Source: a virus (taxonomy: Duplodnaviria > Heunggongvirae > Uroviricota > Caudoviricetes). From it: DNA of 38,078 nt. A program made the position numbers and the translations under genes. The notes under the pieces are model-generated. The model saw only the letters and a list, made by a program, of their open reading frames with translations. It made no database searches and was not told the origin of the DNA. This document shows positions 37,374 to 38,078 of the stretch, piece after piece (the first letter of the stretch is position 1; every line of letters begins with the position of its first letter). The stretch lies in IMG/VR virus record IMGVR_UViG_2561511241_000002. One strand, 5' to 3'.

Positions 37374-37631
37374 TCAGGCGTCCAGATTTTCTTTCACCCA
37401 TGCAGCAAAATCGGTATAGCCGCCGATATGTTGCTGATCGACAAAAATCTGCGGCACGGTTTCTACGGGTTTACCTGCCTTTTGTTGTAGATCTTCTTTA
37501 GTGATCCCTTCCGCACGAATATCTACATAGTGATACTGAAAATCATCGTGTTCATTGCTCAATTTCTCAGCCAGATCTTTTGCACGCACACAGTAAGGGC
37601 AACCCGGACGACCAAAAATAACGGTTTGCAT
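37374..37631 (-). CDS. grxA: glutaredoxin 1
   Basis: MQTVIFGRPGCPYCVRAKDLAEKL... with CPYC active site; 85 aa. Confidence 0.9.
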   Translation of the reverse strand: MQTVIFGRPGCPYCVRAKDLAEKLSNEHDDFQYHYVDIRAEGITKEDLQQKAGKPVETVPQIFVDQQHIGGYTDFAAWVKENLDA

Positions 37632-37790
37632 TATTTCTCTCCTCATAGATTTATGCCTGTAATGATCACGCTAAAATGTATTCGCTGAAAGTAGGTTTAA
37701 CCTGTTGCATTAATTGCTAAAAGCTATAACTGTTAAACACAATACAGTGAAAAGTTTTAGACTGAAGGCTCACTTTGCAGAGGGAAGCGT

Positions 37791-38078
37791 ATGCGCGCGA
37801 TCGGTAAATTGCCTAAAGGCGTGTTGATACTGGAATTTATCGGAATGATGCTACTGGCGGTGGCGCTGCTGTCGGTAAGCGACTCCCTGTCGCTGCCTGA
37901 GCCATTTTCTCGGCCAGAAGTGCAGATTCTGATGATTTTTCTCGGTGTTTTGCTCATGCTTCCCGCTGCGGTGGTGGTTATTCTTCAGGTGGCAAAACGT
38001 CTTGCCCCACAGCTGATGAACCGTCCACCGCAATATTCACGTTCAGAAAGAGAAAAAGATAATGACGCCAACCATTGA
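37791..38078 (+). CDS. ybjC: YbjC (DUF1418 membrane protein)
   Basis: 95 aa; stop at window end. Confidence 0.75.
   Translation: MRAIGKLPKGVLILEFIGMMLLAVALLSVSDSLSLPEPFSRPEVQILMIFLGVLLMLPAAVVVILQVAKRLAPQLMNRPPQYSRSEREKDNDANH
38062..38078 (+). CDS. nfsA: 5' end of nfsA (truncated by window edge)
   Basis: ATG ACG CCA ACC ATT GA = MTPTIE..., overlapping ybjC stop. Confidence 0.4.

Noticed and set aside
1-38078. CRISPR arrays, tRNA or rRNA genes, IS elements
   Set aside because: No spaced direct repeats, no tRNA-like structures and no transposase-like ORFs were seen anywhere in the window.

Overview
Almost the whole window (1 to ~34.8 kb) is a P2/186-family temperate myovirus prophage; the last ~3 kb is E. 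coli-type chromosome (ybjL, ybjM, grxA, ybjC, start of nfsA). The prophage has a 186-type early region on the left (int, small secreted-protein moron, cI, apl-like, cII-like, TraR-like, dam, replication gene A), then an SOS-controlled DinI-like module, then P2-type late genes (Q P / O N M L X, lysis cassette, R S, V W J I H G, FI FII E/E' T U D, ogr). An invertible tail-fibre segment with a Pin-like invertase lies between G and FI. The most interesting region is the AT-rich cargo island between the DinI-like gene and portal gene Q (about 8.6-12.65 kb), at the position where P2 carries tin/old. It holds an uncharacterised two-gene operon (316-aa soluble protein plus 178-aa four-helix membrane protein) and a separate 593-aa DUF262-type protein with no recognisable nuclease C-terminus, separated by a GC-richer segment containing a possible cos core. 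I regard these as candidate anti-phage systems; function is inferred from position and architecture only. All calls come from reading the ORF translations and the nucleotide sequence; no database search was run.
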